From Nitrospirota bacterium (GTDB lineage Bacteria; JACPQY01): 64,000 bases of DNA. Positions 25,983-37,435 of the stretch are shown one piece after another (position 1 is the first letter of the stretch; each line of letters begins with the position of its first letter). The translations under genes and the position numbers were made by a program. The notes beneath the pieces are model-generated. The model did no database searches. It was given only the letters and a program-made list of their open reading frames with translations, and had not been told where the DNA came from. The stretch is taken from positions 300,628-364,627 of the forward strand of contig JACPAV010000002.1 of assembly GCA_016180645.1 (NCBI GenBank). The letters are read 5' to 3'.

Positions 25983-28046
25983 TTACAGGTCCTTTCCGAA
26001 GTAGTCGCTTGTGATGCGCACTTCGTAGTTCGGGCTGTCGGGTCTGCCATGCGGGTGCAACGTGTAGGCACGCGCAAACCGGCCACGGGCGCGGTCAAAC
26101 AGCGGTCCATCCGGATCAATCTCAGCATTCGTGCTGAGGATGATGGACTGGTGGCCGCTGAGGTAAAGCCGGTCGAGCACGTTGGCGCGGACTTCTTTGT
26201 CGAGGCGGGCCAGTGGCGTGTCCACAACCAGCGGCGGAACGAGCTTGGCCAGACGACGCAGGGCTTCGTAGAACGCCAGCATTCGCACCTGTCGCTGACC
26301 GGCGGACGTGTTCGTTTCCTCCCAGGTAACTTTCCTGCCATCCCGGCGCACGAGCCAGCATTGCCAATGGCCGTCAAAGTCCATGCCCTCGAACTCCCGC
26401 TCCCGCTCGGTAATTTCCACCCACAACTTGCCGACTTCCTCGGAGAGCTTCCGCCGCATCAGAATTGCGGCTCGGCTGCGAATCTCGCCGGCGGCCTCGC
26501 GGTAGCGGGTCGCCATCGCCGCCAAACTTTCGCCCCGCTTGGCACGTTCGGCAATTTCCGACTGCGTCGTCTCCTGGCGTTTCAGATCCACAAGCTCAAC
26601 CTCAAGACGCGCGATTTCGGCATCAATATCCTTCAGTCGTTTGGAGATTTGATCGCGGCGAGTGATGAGGCCGCCCCGCTTTTCGTGGAGTTCCACGCCT
26701 CGTTTGTACGCCGCCGTGTTTTGTTGCATCTGTCTCAGCTTCTGGTTCAACTCGCGTAGCTCAACGTCCATTCGGTCGATCTCCGCACACCTGTCCGATA
26801 GGTCGCGAATATCGCTCTGGTTCAGGGCAAGCTGTCGGCGAATCTGCGCACTCGTGTCGTTGCGGTCGGCAATGTAGATGCGGTCGGGCATCCCTTGCGG
26901 TGGTGGATGGAACAGGCTGTGGAGAGCGTCTTCCAATCGCTTCATGTAGAAGGATTCGACATCAGGTTGGAGCTCGAATTCCTTGGGAACACCACCAAAC
27001 ACGTCCTGCTTTACCTGCGGAATCTTCGGCTCGACCGTGGACTTGGCGCTTTCCCACTCGCGACGACGTTCCTCGGATAGCAAAGCGCCATGCAATTCCT
27101 TGCAGTAGACCCCAAGCAACGAGACCGGTAGAGCCAACTCCCAAGCTTCTGTGAGTCTGGCTTCGAGTTTGGCTTTGGCCCCTGTAAGTTCGCCGCGGCG
27201 TTCTTGAGCTCTCTGCAACTCATCGGGGTCGACTGCTCCAAGCGTTTTCAAGTCGTCTTCGACTTCAACCAGTTCGGCTTCGACTTCTTTCAAGTCGCGG
27301 TCAAGGGTTTCGCGTTCAAGATGTCTGACCTTCAAGTTGCCCTCCACAGTCCTCACCTTGCTGTTCAACTCGTTGAGGGTCGTCAATGGGTCAGGGCCGC
27401 CGGTGGAATTGAACACGCGTGGGATCTTCGAGCTGATCAGTTGACGGAGATCGTTTTCCAGTTCGGCATAGGCCTGAAGGCCAAGGATTCGACTCACGCC
27501 TTCAACGATGTCCTGCTGTCCCAAGTTGATGGCCTGGCTGCGCTCAGCATCGAAAAAGAAGAACCGCGCCAGATGGCGCGGCAGGAAAGCGTCCCGAAGT
27601 TTGTGTATCTCTTGTTCGTCTTGGATGGTGCCCGGCTTGTCGGACCGTGTGGCATGATGCTCCCAGACTGGCGCCGAGTTGGAGCGGAACCGCACTTGGC
27701 GAAGGATCTCCACTTTCCGACTGCCCACTTTGTCATCGCGGAGACTCACCACCGCCTTGAGACGCACTAAGTCTTTACCTTCAGACAGTGCATGCCGATT
27801 GAGCGACTTCTCGAAGGTGAACCGCGTCGCATCTGACCCAGTCTCCACCTTCTTCAAGTCGCCGACGCCGCTCTCGCCGACCACCGCAAGATATAGGGCG
27901 CGCAGCAGGTGAGTTTTTCCGGCACCATTCTTTCCGCCCACGATAACGCCACACTTGCCCTCAAGACTTCGGAAGTCAACGGTGTGCTCGCCGTAGAATG
28001 GCCCAAAGTTCTCCAGCGTTAGTGAGTCGATATGGACTTCCGCCAT
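25983..28046 (-). CDS. dndD: DNA sulfur modification SMC-like ATPase DndD
   Basis: GGKNGAGKT, FFFFDAE, long coiled coil, SAGQRQ, VVDTPLARLD, QSIILSTNAEI; directly follows dndC. Confidence 0.88.
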   Translation of the reverse strand: MAEVHIDSLTLENFGPFYGEHTVDFRSLEGKCGVIVGGKNGAGKTHLLRALYLAVVGESGVGDLKKVETGSDATRFTFEKSLNRHALSEGKDLVRLKAVVSLRDDKVGSRKVEILRQVRFRSNSAPVWEHHATRSDKPGTIQDEQEIHKLRDAFLPRHLARFFFFDAERSQAINLGQQDIVEGVSRILGLQAYAELENDLRQLISSKIPRVFNSTGGPDPLTTLNELNSKVRTVEGNLKVRHLERETLDRDLKEVEAELVEVEDDLKTLGAVDPDELQRAQERRGELTGAKAKLEARLTEAWELALPVSLLGVYCKELHGALLSEERRREWESAKSTVEPKIPQVKQDVFGGVPKEFELQPDVESFYMKRLEDALHSLFHPPPQGMPDRIYIADRNDTSAQIRRQLALNQSDIRDLSDRCAEIDRMDVELRELNQKLRQMQQNTAAYKRGVELHEKRGGLITRRDQISKRLKDIDAEIARLEVELVDLKRQETTQSEIAERAKRGESLAAMATRYREAAGEIRSRAAILMRRKLSEEVGKLWVEITEREREFEGMDFDGHWQCWLVRRDGRKVTWEETNTSAGQRQVRMLAFYEALRRLAKLVPPLVVDTPLARLDKEVRANVLDRLYLSGHQSIILSTNAEIDPDGPLFDRARGRFARAYTLHPHGRPDSPNYEVRITSDYFGKDL

Positions 28047-28048
28047 GA

Positions 28049-29347
28049 TTAGGCCTTCTTCTCTGCCTCCTGTTTCGCCAAATCGTCTTTCAAGATGAAG
28101 AGCAGATCGTCCGGGAGGCCGTGGGCGCGGTGGCTTTCGCTGTATTCCTCCACCTTGGCAAGCATCCGACGGAGCGTGTCGGTGTTGATCCCCTTTTCCC
28201 GGGCGATTTCGTCCTCCAGCTCCCGAAGTTTGTTGAGTTCCTTCAGATCCGTGCTCATCATGACACCTCGCTGTTTGTTGAGGATACGGGCGACGCCCCG
28301 GCCGTCATCGGGATCGCGCGCGGCCTTCCACATTTGTTGGATCAAGAGGAGCTCCTCGGAGGCTATAATGGGCAAACGGGTTTCCTCCTGCAACGCGAGC
28401 AATCGGGCCAGCAACTCACGCCGGGCCTCAATGTGCAAAGGCCCCGGGCCCTTGTCGCCATTCATCCGTTTCATGTCGCGCTTGCCGTTGGCGGGGTCGC
28501 GGTAGAACTGTAGGGTTTCTCGAAATTCGATGAGCTTCTCCATCCGCTCGTCGCCGGCGGCCAGCAGCCCCTCACTGGCTTTGTCGCGATCCACCACGGT
28601 GCAGGTCCAGCAGCCGAAGCGGGAGTTGCCGCAGCTTGGAGTGCTGGTGTCGATCTGAATGGGACATTCACCGTTGGAGGCGCTGGAGTAGAGTTTGTAT
28701 AGTGCGCGGTTGTCGCCACCCCAGGGGTTCGGCGTTTGGAGGAGATAGGCCCAAACTTCCTCGGTGGTCAGGTATTCGATTGGATTGGAGACCCACACGC
28801 GCGGCAGGTCCGGGTGACGGCGCAAGCCGTTGCGGGTCTCGATACCCGCCATTGTTTGCGCCCGAGTTGCGCTTTCCTCCCGCCGCGCCCCCAAATGCAG
28901 GATGGCATCGCCCCAGTGTCCTATCCGTTTCTTTACAAAGTCATTTACCGGATCTATCTTCATCCGCTGAGTACACCAACGAAAGGTGCGATTGGGAGGG
29001 GGGTATCCACGCCCGATGATGTTGACCCAGAACGATTGTTCGGCCGGGGGTTTCAGGAGGTGGGCTTCGAAGTTCAACTCGTTCTGGCTGGAGAACTTCC
29101 TCATTTTGTCGAGCGTGCCCTCTACCATCCCGACGATGGCCGGGATTTCCACGCGCGTGTCCGTACAGAGGAGATTGATCGGCTTCTTGCGATTTTCCCT
29201 GGGGATGGACGCGACCGCGTCGAAGAGGAGCGAGGCCAGCATGGTGCTGTCCTTCCCCCCGCTGAATCCGACGAGCCACGGACGAGGATCCTCGATGTAG
29301 AGGCGGCTGAGGGATTCGCGAATTTCTTGATATCCGCCGGTCACCAC
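28049..29347 (-). CDS. dndC: DNA phosphorothioation sulfurtransferase DndC (PAPS reductase family)
   Basis: PWLVGFSGGKDS, DTRVE, IGRGYPPPNRTFRWCTQRMKI, ECP...TPSCGNSRFGCWTCTVV. Confidence 0.93.
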   Translation of the reverse strand: MVTGGYQEIRESLSRLYIEDPRPWLVGFSGGKDSTMLASLLFDAVASIPRENRKKPINLLCTDTRVEIPAIVGMVEGTLDKMRKFSSQNELNFEAHLLKPPAEQSFWVNIIGRGYPPPNRTFRWCTQRMKIDPVNDFVKKRIGHWGDAILHLGARREESATRAQTMAGIETRNGLRRHPDLPRVWVSNPIEYLTTEEVWAYLLQTPNPWGGDNRALYKLYSSASNGECPIQIDTSTPSCGNSRFGCWTCTVVDRDKASEGLLAAGDERMEKLIEFRETLQFYRDPANGKRDMKRMNGDKGPGPLHIEARRELLARLLALQEETRLPIIASEELLLIQQMWKAARDPDDGRGVARILNKQRGVMMSTDLKELNKLRELEDEIAREKGINTDTLRRMLAKVEEYSESHRAHGLPDDLLFILKDDLAKQEAEKKA

Positions 29348-29429
29348 GGGCGACAGTAAGCGACCCCCAGCGAGCTTGTCAAGCCGGGCCTGCCACAGGG
29401 GAGGAGGTCGGCAAAGTCAGGGAAGAATC

Positions 29430-29686
29430 GTCATTCCCGCGGAGGCGGGAATCCAGAGCTTCTTGATTTCACTGGACCCCCGCCTTCGCGGGGGTGACGG
29501 ATAGGGTCGGGATTCCATTCTCATGATTCCCGATTGTTCATGGGCAGTTGGCATGGAACCTGCCGTGACCGTGGCCACAGGGGTACGTTAGGGGTTGCGA
29601 GGAAAGAACCTACTCAATTTTCCATCTTCTCGTCATGCCCGCGGAGGCGGGCCTCCAGTCTGGATTCCCGTCTTCACGGGAATGAC
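29430..29686. repeat. Two GTCATTCCCGC..GCGGGAATCCAG / CTGGATTCCCG..GGGAATGAC palindromic repeats
   Basis: Copies at 29430-29498 and 29632-29686, each a long imperfect hairpin. Confidence 0.8.
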
Positions 29687-29862
29687 GGAGCGAGGGACTT
29701 GTTCACTTTGTTTCCACGCGACCCCTTGCCTCCGTCTCACCCCCTTTTCCCGGCTTGGCATGTTGGCTTGGAAACGAGTTGTCAGAGTTGAGTGGGGCGT
29801 AGGGAATTCAGCATCCAACGGCGTCTCGCTTACGCCGCCGACTATGCTGACCGTGCGTGGAG

Positions 29863-31348
<1,486 letters not shown>

Positions 31349-31450
31349 CGGGCGTGAACGTAACGGAAGCGGTCCGCATTCGCAAGAGAAAACGGGGTCA
31401 ATTTCCGGGTTTACGCGGCCGGCCGATCATGGTATGGCTGGGCTCCGGCG

Positions 31451-31774
31451 ATGAACGCCCCATCAACAAACATCGAAGTTCGCATCCCATCGCCCGTCTG
31501 GATCATGCTCACACTGATGTGGGCCTTTCTAATCGGACTAGGGTTCATGGTCCGGCTGCCCAACGAGTCCCTCCAGGGTTTCATCCGATTCGCCTTCTGG
31601 GTCGTTCTGATCGCACACTTCGGCGAGGGCCTTGTCGGCGCCTATTTCGGTTTCCAAGCCAAGCAGAACCCCGTGAAGTGGTTTCTCCTCACCGTGTTTC
31701 TCGGCTTTCCGGCCTGGATAGCCCTGCGCCGGGCGATTCGCAAGGCCCGGATTCCTGCTTCCGCCAAGGCCTGA
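31451..31774 (+). CDS. Hypothetical membrane protein
   Basis: 107 aa, three hydrophobic segments. Confidence 0.6.
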   Translation: MNAPSTNIEVRIPSPVWIMLTLMWAFLIGLGFMVRLPNESLQGFIRFAFWVVLIAHFGEGLVGAYFGFQAKQNPVKWFLLTVFLGFPAWIALRRAIRKARIPASAKA

Positions 31775-31790
31775 TCCGTCGGCAGGCTTC

Positions 31791-32255
31791 ATGCCTGAAA
31801 ACACCTTCGCGCAGCTCGCCCAGCGGTTCCTATCGAACTGGGGACTGCGAGATCGGGCCTTCGAGCAGAAACTTGTCGCGCAATGGCCGGACGCCGTGGG
31901 TCCGTTTCTTGCCGGACTGACCATGCCGACGGGTTTCAAGAAAGGCTTCCTCTACCTGGCGGTGAACAACTCGGTGCTCCTGCACGAGCTGTTCTACCAG
32001 AAGCCGCAGATGCTGGAAAAAGTTCAGTCCTATTTTGGAACGGCGATACGGGACATCAAATTCTCCCTGCGTCCCCGATTCCTGGAGACCCCTCCGGCGG
32101 GCAAGCCCAAAGCAACCGGACCCGCCCCGCTCAGTCCAGAAGAACGGGCCTCGACGCTCCGCATCACCGAGGGAATCGCCGATGACGAACTGCGTTCCAG
32201 CCTGGTGAATCTTTTCGCGAACTCGAAACGGCGCCTGGCCGCCCGGAAACGCTGA
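31791..32255 (+). CDS. DUF721/DciA-family protein
   Basis: QWPDAVG...T.P......LYLAV.NS....EL......L pattern. Confidence 0.75.
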   Translation: MPENTFAQLAQRFLSNWGLRDRAFEQKLVAQWPDAVGPFLAGLTMPTGFKKGFLYLAVNNSVLLHELFYQKPQMLEKVQSYFGTAIRDIKFSLRPRFLETPPAGKPKATGPAPLSPEERASTLRITEGIADDELRSSLVNLFANSKRRLAARKR

Positions 32256-32258
32256 GAC

Positions 32259-33053
32259 TCACTCTTCGAGGGGGAGATCTTTTCGATTTCCCCATTCGCC
32301 CCACGATCCGATGTAGTTGCGAACCCGATCCGCTCCGATCAGCCAAAGGGCCAGAAAGGTGTGTGCAGATCGGTAGCCGCCGTGACAGTAAGTAATGAAC
32401 TCCTTCTTGGGATCGATCCCTACCCCCCGGTACACACTCTCCAGTTCGGAGGGCGGCAGAAAGTATCCGTCGGACGTCAGATTCCTCTTCCACTCCACGT
32501 TCACGGCGCCGGGGATGTGCCCTCCTCGATCCGCACGCACGTGTTGTCCTGAAAATTCATCCGGCGTCCGGCAGTCGATGATCCTCGCTCCCATGCCTGA
32601 GAGGTTTGAATGCGTCGAATCGACCGTCGCCAGGAGTTCGGCGCGCGGCGTGTACTGAAATCCCTCGATTCCCGGAAGCGCCGCCGGGTCGGTCGAAAGG
32701 TCGTGGCCGCACCGCAACCATTCGCGCAATCCGCCGTCCAGCATGAGCGGTTCCTTGAATGAAAAGTAGTGAAGTACCCAAATCATCCGCGCGGCAAGCA
32801 TTCCCGAGTAGCCCTCGTAGACCACCGTGGTCCGGTCGGGATGGAGTCCCGCCTCGCGCAGCCCCGCCGCCATCCACTCATTGAATTTTTTCATTCCAGC
32901 CTGGGTCGTATCGAACCAATGGTACTCCCAGATGTCGAAAAGAATCGCCCCGGGGATGTGTCCCTTGTCGTATTCCTCCCGCGGCCGCACGTCCACCACC
33001 GCGGCGTCCTGAAGGTGTTCCCGCAGCCAACTTCCTTCCGTCAAAATGCGCAT
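32259..33053 (-). CDS. Tandem-domain rhodanese (thiosulfate/3-mercaptopyruvate sulfurtransferase)
   Basis: Two GHIPGA motifs, LDGG, active-site YCHGGYRS, YIGSWGEW. Confidence 0.9.
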   Translation of the reverse strand: MRILTEGSWLREHLQDAAVVDVRPREEYDKGHIPGAILFDIWEYHWFDTTQAGMKKFNEWMAAGLREAGLHPDRTTVVYEGYSGMLAARMIWVLHYFSFKEPLMLDGGLREWLRCGHDLSTDPAALPGIEGFQYTPRAELLATVDSTHSNLSGMGARIIDCRTPDEFSGQHVRADRGGHIPGAVNVEWKRNLTSDGYFLPPSELESVYRGVGIDPKKEFITYCHGGYRSAHTFLALWLIGADRVRNYIGSWGEWGNRKDLPLEE

Positions 33054-33127
33054 GAGAAGGGTGAAGTATAGCAGCATCATGATGGCGAAGGTTGTGTTCG
33101 CCGCGAAAGTTCCTTATATTGATTTCC

Positions 33128-34420
33128 GTGCGTAAGAAATTGTTCGCGTGGGGCATCGTGGCATTCGTGCTCGTTGGATGGGCGGCGCATGCGCAGGATG
33201 TCCCAAACCCCTCCGCCCTGCTCCATCTCAAGATCGATGGGGCCATCAACCCGGTCGTCGCCGAGTTCATCATCGACGCGATTGAGCAGGCCGAGCGGGA
33301 AGGCGCGCAGGGCGTGCTCGTCGAGCTGGACACGCCGGGCGGTCTGGACGAATCCATGCGGGACATCATCAAGAAAATCCTCAACACCCCCGTCGTGGTG
33401 ATCGTGTACGTCTCACCCTCCGGAGCACGGGCCGCCTCGGCGGGAGCTCTCATCACACTTGCGGCCGATGTGGCCGCCATGGCGCCCGGCACGAACATCG
33501 GCGCGGCACACCCGGTCGCCATGGGCGGCGGCATGGACAAGACCATGGAGAAGAAGGTGGTGAACGACGCCGTCGCCTACATCAAGGGCCTCGCCAAAAA
33601 GCGAAACCGAAATGAGCGATGGGCTGAGCGCGCCGTGAAGGACAGCATCTCTACCTCGGCGGACGAGGCGTTGAAACAGAATGTGGTGGACGTAGTGGCC
33701 GCGAGCGTGACGGAGTTGATGGAGAAGATCCACGGGAAAGTCCTGAAAAAGGGAACCGAATCCCTCACTCTCGCCACCCGGGGAGCCGAGCTTCGCCCCG
33801 TTGGAATGAGTTTCCGGCAACGGCTCCTCAACACCCTCTCCAATCCAAACATCGCCTACATCCTCATGATGATCGGCGTGTGGGGAATGTTCTTCGAGCT
33901 GACGAATCCGGGCGCCATTTTCCCCGGCGTGGTCGGTGGTCTCTGCCTTCTCCTCGGTCTGTACTCGCTTCAAACACTTCCGGTCAACTACGCCGGGTTC
34001 GCCCTCATCGGCCTTGGCATCGTGCTCCTCATTCTCGAAATCAAAGTCACCAGCTACGGCCTGCTGACGATCAGCGGACTCATTGCGATGGCCCTCGGCT
34101 CGATGATGCTCATCAAGGGGCCGGCGCCGTTTTTCACCATCTCCAAATCCGTGGTGCTGGCGACCGTGGGGGCCACGGGGCTGCTGTTTGCCTTCGTCAT
34201 GCTCGCCGTGGCCCGCGCTCAACGATCCCTGCCGGCCTCCGGAGCGGAAGGGCTCGCCGGCGAAGTCGGTCACGCCCTGAGTCCGATCTCGTCCGGCGGG
34301 GGGAAAGTGTTCGTCCACGGGGAATACTGGGACGCCGTCAGCGATGAGTCGCTGGAGGCCGGATCAAAAGTCAAAGTGAAATCCGTGAACGGCCTCACGA
34401 TAAAGGTCGGAAGAGTTTAA
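33128..34420 (+). CDS. nfeD: NfeD-family membrane serine protease
   Basis: LDTPGG, RAASAG, GTNIGAAHPV, transmembrane bundle, OB-fold GKVFVHGEYW. Confidence 0.92.
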   Translation: MRKKLFAWGIVAFVLVGWAAHAQDVPNPSALLHLKIDGAINPVVAEFIIDAIEQAEREGAQGVLVELDTPGGLDESMRDIIKKILNTPVVVIVYVSPSGARAASAGALITLAADVAAMAPGTNIGAAHPVAMGGGMDKTMEKKVVNDAVAYIKGLAKKRNRNERWAERAVKDSISTSADEALKQNVVDVVAASVTELMEKIHGKVLKKGTESLTLATRGAELRPVGMSFRQRLLNTLSNPNIAYILMMIGVWGMFFELTNPGAIFPGVVGGLCLLLGLYSLQTLPVNYAGFALIGLGIVLLILEIKVTSYGLLTISGLIAMALGSMMLIKGPAPFFTISKSVVLATVGATGLLFAFVMLAVARAQRSLPASGAEGLAGEVGHALSPISSGGGKVFVHGEYWDAVSDESLEAGSKVKVKSVNGLTIKVGRV

Positions 34421-34434
34421 CGTAAGGAGGACTC

Positions 34435-35202
34435 ATGGGACTCGGACTACTGGTCGTCATCGCCATCATCATTTTCGGATTCATCTCGGGCGTCCGGGTC
34501 TTGAATGAGTACGAACGCGGCGTCCATTTCCGGCTGGGACGCATCCAGGACACCAAGGGCCCCGGCCTGCGCTGGATCATTCCCTTCGTCGATCGGCTTG
34601 TGAAAGTCAGCCTCCGAACCGTGGTGCTGGACGTTCCTCCGCAGGATGTCATCACCAAAGACAACGTCTCCGTGAAAGTGAACGCCGTGGTGTATTTCCG
34701 CGTGCTGGACGCGCGCAAGGCCGTGATCGAGGTTGAAAACTACCTCTATGCAACCTCTCAGCTCGCGCAAACAACTTTGCGAAGCGTGTTGGGAGAAACC
34801 GAACTGGATGAATTGCTGGCCGACCGCGAAAAGATCAACCACAAGCTCCAGGAAATTTTGGACCGACACACAGACCCGTGGGGCATCAAGGTGGCCAACG
34901 TGGAAGTGAAACACGTGGACCTCCCGCAGGAAATGCAGCGGGCGATGGCCAAGCAGGCGGAGGCGGAACGGGAGCGGCGCGCAAAGATCATCAACGCCGA
35001 GGGCGAATTCCAGGCGGCCCAGAAGCTCTCAGAGGCGGCGAACATCATGTCCAAGAACCCCACCACGCTGCAGCTTCGATACCTTCAAACGCTTGTGGAG
35101 ATTTCCTCCGAGCGGAATTCCACCGTCATCTTCCCCCTGCCCATGGACATCATCCGGCCCTTCCTGGACACCGTATCGAAGAAGGAGTTGAGCGGGTCGT
35201 AA
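34435..35202 (+). CDS. Stomatin/SPFH (slipin) protein
   Basis: [42 protein letters not shown]. Confidence 0.93.
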   Translation: MGLGLLVVIAIIIFGFISGVRVLNEYERGVHFRLGRIQDTKGPGLRWIIPFVDRLVKVSLRTVVLDVPPQDVITKDNVSVKVNAVVYFRVLDARKAVIEVENYLYATSQLAQTTLRSVLGETELDELLADREKINHKLQEILDRHTDPWGIKVANVEVKHVDLPQEMQRAMAKQAEAERERRAKIINAEGEFQAAQKLSEAANIMSKNPTTLQLRYLQTLVEISSERNSTVIFPLPMDIIRPFLDTVSKKELSGS

Positions 35203-35238
35203 GGTCTTCCCGAGAGGACCCTCCCGTTCGGGCCCCGC

Positions 35239-36075
35239 ATGGATGTCCTTTCCTATTCTTCTCCGGACGTGGTGGCGCCCTACGCCGCCTACTGTAAGAG
35301 TCTCAAGTCACGGAACGCCTATGTCTCCCTCGCCCGTCACCTGATCCACACGGCCGCGCTGAAGAAGGGCGAGAGAGTCCTCGATCTCGGCTGCGGCTGT
35401 GGCGAATCGACCAAGGCGATTCTGCAGGTCATCGGCAAAACCGGGACGGTCATCGGCGTCGATCCCTCGGAACCGATGATCGAAAGTGCCCGCCGAAATC
35501 TCGGTGACTCGAACGTTGCTTTCAACGTCTCCACCGCGGAGGCGGTTCAACAATGGGTGAAACCGGAGTCGGTCGACTCGGTCATCTCCAGCGCCGCGAT
35601 CTGGTATCTGGATTTTTCGCTCACCTTGGCCGCCGCCCGGGCCGTGCTCAAAGCCCACGGCGCACTCGCATTCAACTTGCGATGGGATGTCATGCCGGAC
35701 GATCTCCCGCTCGCCAAGGCATCGGCCCGATTCATGACCGAATTCGGAAAGAAGGTGGTGGAACTGGCCCAACATGTGGAGCCCGGATATTCACCCACGG
35801 CTCATCCGGCCCCTGAAAGGCGGATCTTCAAGTTCATTGAAATGTACAAGACCATTCCGACCTCCGGTTTCACGCTCATGCAGTGCAAGGTCTTTGAAGT
35901 CGGAACCAGCCCGCAGGACTTCCTCGCCTGGCTCAAGTGCCCCAGGGAGGGCGCGCGTTTTCTTCCCGGCCTGGCGCCGAAGAAGCAGGAACGGGTCTTT
36001 CAGCAGGTTTTGAAGGAACTGAAGCCCAAAGCCATCCGTCAGAAGTTCGCCGACGTCCTTCTCTACCGCGACTGA
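35239..36075 (+). CDS. Class I SAM-dependent methyltransferase
   Basis: VLDLGCGCG, GVDPS..MI. Confidence 0.8.
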   Translation: MDVLSYSSPDVVAPYAAYCKSLKSRNAYVSLARHLIHTAALKKGERVLDLGCGCGESTKAILQVIGKTGTVIGVDPSEPMIESARRNLGDSNVAFNVSTAEAVQQWVKPESVDSVISSAAIWYLDFSLTLAAARAVLKAHGALAFNLRWDVMPDDLPLAKASARFMTEFGKKVVELAQHVEPGYSPTAHPAPERRIFKFIEMYKTIPTSGFTLMQCKVFEVGTSPQDFLAWLKCPREGARFLPGLAPKKQERVFQQVLKELKPKAIRQKFADVLLYRD

Positions 36076-36082
36076 GTTCAAT

Positions 36083-37435
36083 TCATCCGCTGCCGCAGCG
36101 GACTCGCAGGCCGAGCCTGCCGGAGCAGGAATCGGTTTCCTTCCAGCAAAAATCCTTCGATCGTTCGGCGCCGGCGGGAGCCGACACCGTCACCATCCAC
36201 TCCGTACCCGAAAGCGGTTCAATCGTGATCCCTCCGGGCAGGCCCTCGCGCGCGGGGAGGGAACCGTTTTCTCGATACTGCCTGCAGGAGGCCGCGGCCG
36301 TTTCCACAATCCGAATTCTCATCGGCACTCGATCGATCCGCTCGCGAAGCATCGCATGCGGGAGATCGGTCATGGCTTCCATCAACAGCCGTTGAACGGG
36401 TCCCGCGGGAGAGTAGTACCACGCGACCGGAGAGATCATCTGCCGACTCTCCCGCGCCTGGATTTGTACAAGGCTTGGAACGCCCTCCATCCAACCGGCC
36501 AGGAGGCGCGCCGCCTCGGACTCGATCTCGAGAAGACGATCTGCATCGAGCGATCCGGCCGCGACGGAAGAGCCGAGAACGGTAAACGCCTGAGCCGCGA
36601 GGCTTCCGGCAAGGATCAACCCTTCGACCGTGTGGCTGGAGAGGGCCACATGGAGGCCCAATCGCGCCGTGTCGAAATAGGTACGAACCGCGGCCTCCGG
36701 TTCTCCCGATTTCTGCTCGCCTGAGCCCAGGAGAAGCAGGAAGCATCCGAGGTCGCGCGCCTTGAGGAGTGCCTCCGCAAGCACCGGATTGTCCAACTCC
36801 ATGGCTGAACGAGCGGGCAGGATCTGAAGTGCCCGGTGCACCGCCTCGATGGCTCTCGACTGCCTGCGAAGTTGGACCATCGCCCGTGTCCACTGCTCAT
36901 CGGTCCAAAGATCCTCTGCATCAACGAGTTCCCGGCAGGAAGTAAGTTGGGTATCATCGACTTGGATTTCGTGCGACGCGGTGAGGAATTCCAGCAGGAA
37001 ATCCGAGTCCCGAGGAACGGCTCGCGAGTGAACGGAGACGCTACCGGGAAACTTCAGGGCTCGGCCGTCATGCGAATAGACGGAGAGATTCGTCATCTCC
37101 AGCTGTGTCGTCCCGACCTGAAGAGGCGGCAATTCGATTCGCAGATCTTCAAGCGTGGTGACCCTGCCGGAATCCAGCGGCACGTTTGATCCCGCCGGGC
37201 TCTTGTAGGATTGGCCGTTCCACACCACCTGAGCTCCCGTGGTCCAGAACCCGCGGCCGGCCGACGTCGATATCCGCAATTGGACTTGAGGCTTTTCTCC
37301 CTCACGACCCGCCAGAAGGTTGACGGAGTAGCCGTAGGAACGCGTTCGCTCACGCATCTGCATCACTCCGAGGCAGGCCCATCCAACCAGCAGGCTGGAC
37401 AGCGCGAGCGAATAGGCCAACCGCCGATGCTTCAT
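36083..37435 (-). CDS. Hypothetical exported protein
   Basis: ATG at 37435 overlaps the upstream stop; N-terminal hydrophobic anchor. Confidence 0.55.
   Translation of the reverse strand: MKHRRLAYSLALSSLLVGWACLGVMQMRERTRSYGYSVNLLAGREGEKPQVQLRISTSAGRGFWTTGAQVVWNGQSYKSPAGSNVPLDSGRVTTLEDLRIELPPLQVGTTQLEMTNLSVYSHDGRALKFPGSVSVHSRAVPRDSDFLLEFLTASHEIQVDDTQLTSCRELVDAEDLWTDEQWTRAMVQLRRQSRAIEAVHRALQILPARSAMELDNPVLAEALLKARDLGCFLLLLGSGEQKSGEPEAAVRTYFDTARLGLHVALSSHTVEGLILAGSLAAQAFTVLGSSVAAGSLDADRLLEIESEAARLLAGWMEGVPSLVQIQARESRQMISPVAWYYSPAGPVQRLLMEAMTDLPHAMLRERIDRVPMRIRIVETAAASCRQYRENGSLPAREGLPGGITIEPLSGTEWMVTVSAPAGAERSKDFCWKETDSCSGRLGLRVRCGSG

Noticed and set aside
28049-29347. CysH/PAPS reductase for sulfate assimilation, or SspD/BREX type 4
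   Set aside because: The GRGYP.P..FRWCT and CGNSRFGCW.C motifs and coupling to a DndD-like ATPase indicate DndC; no sspBC, pglZ or brxC genes are present.
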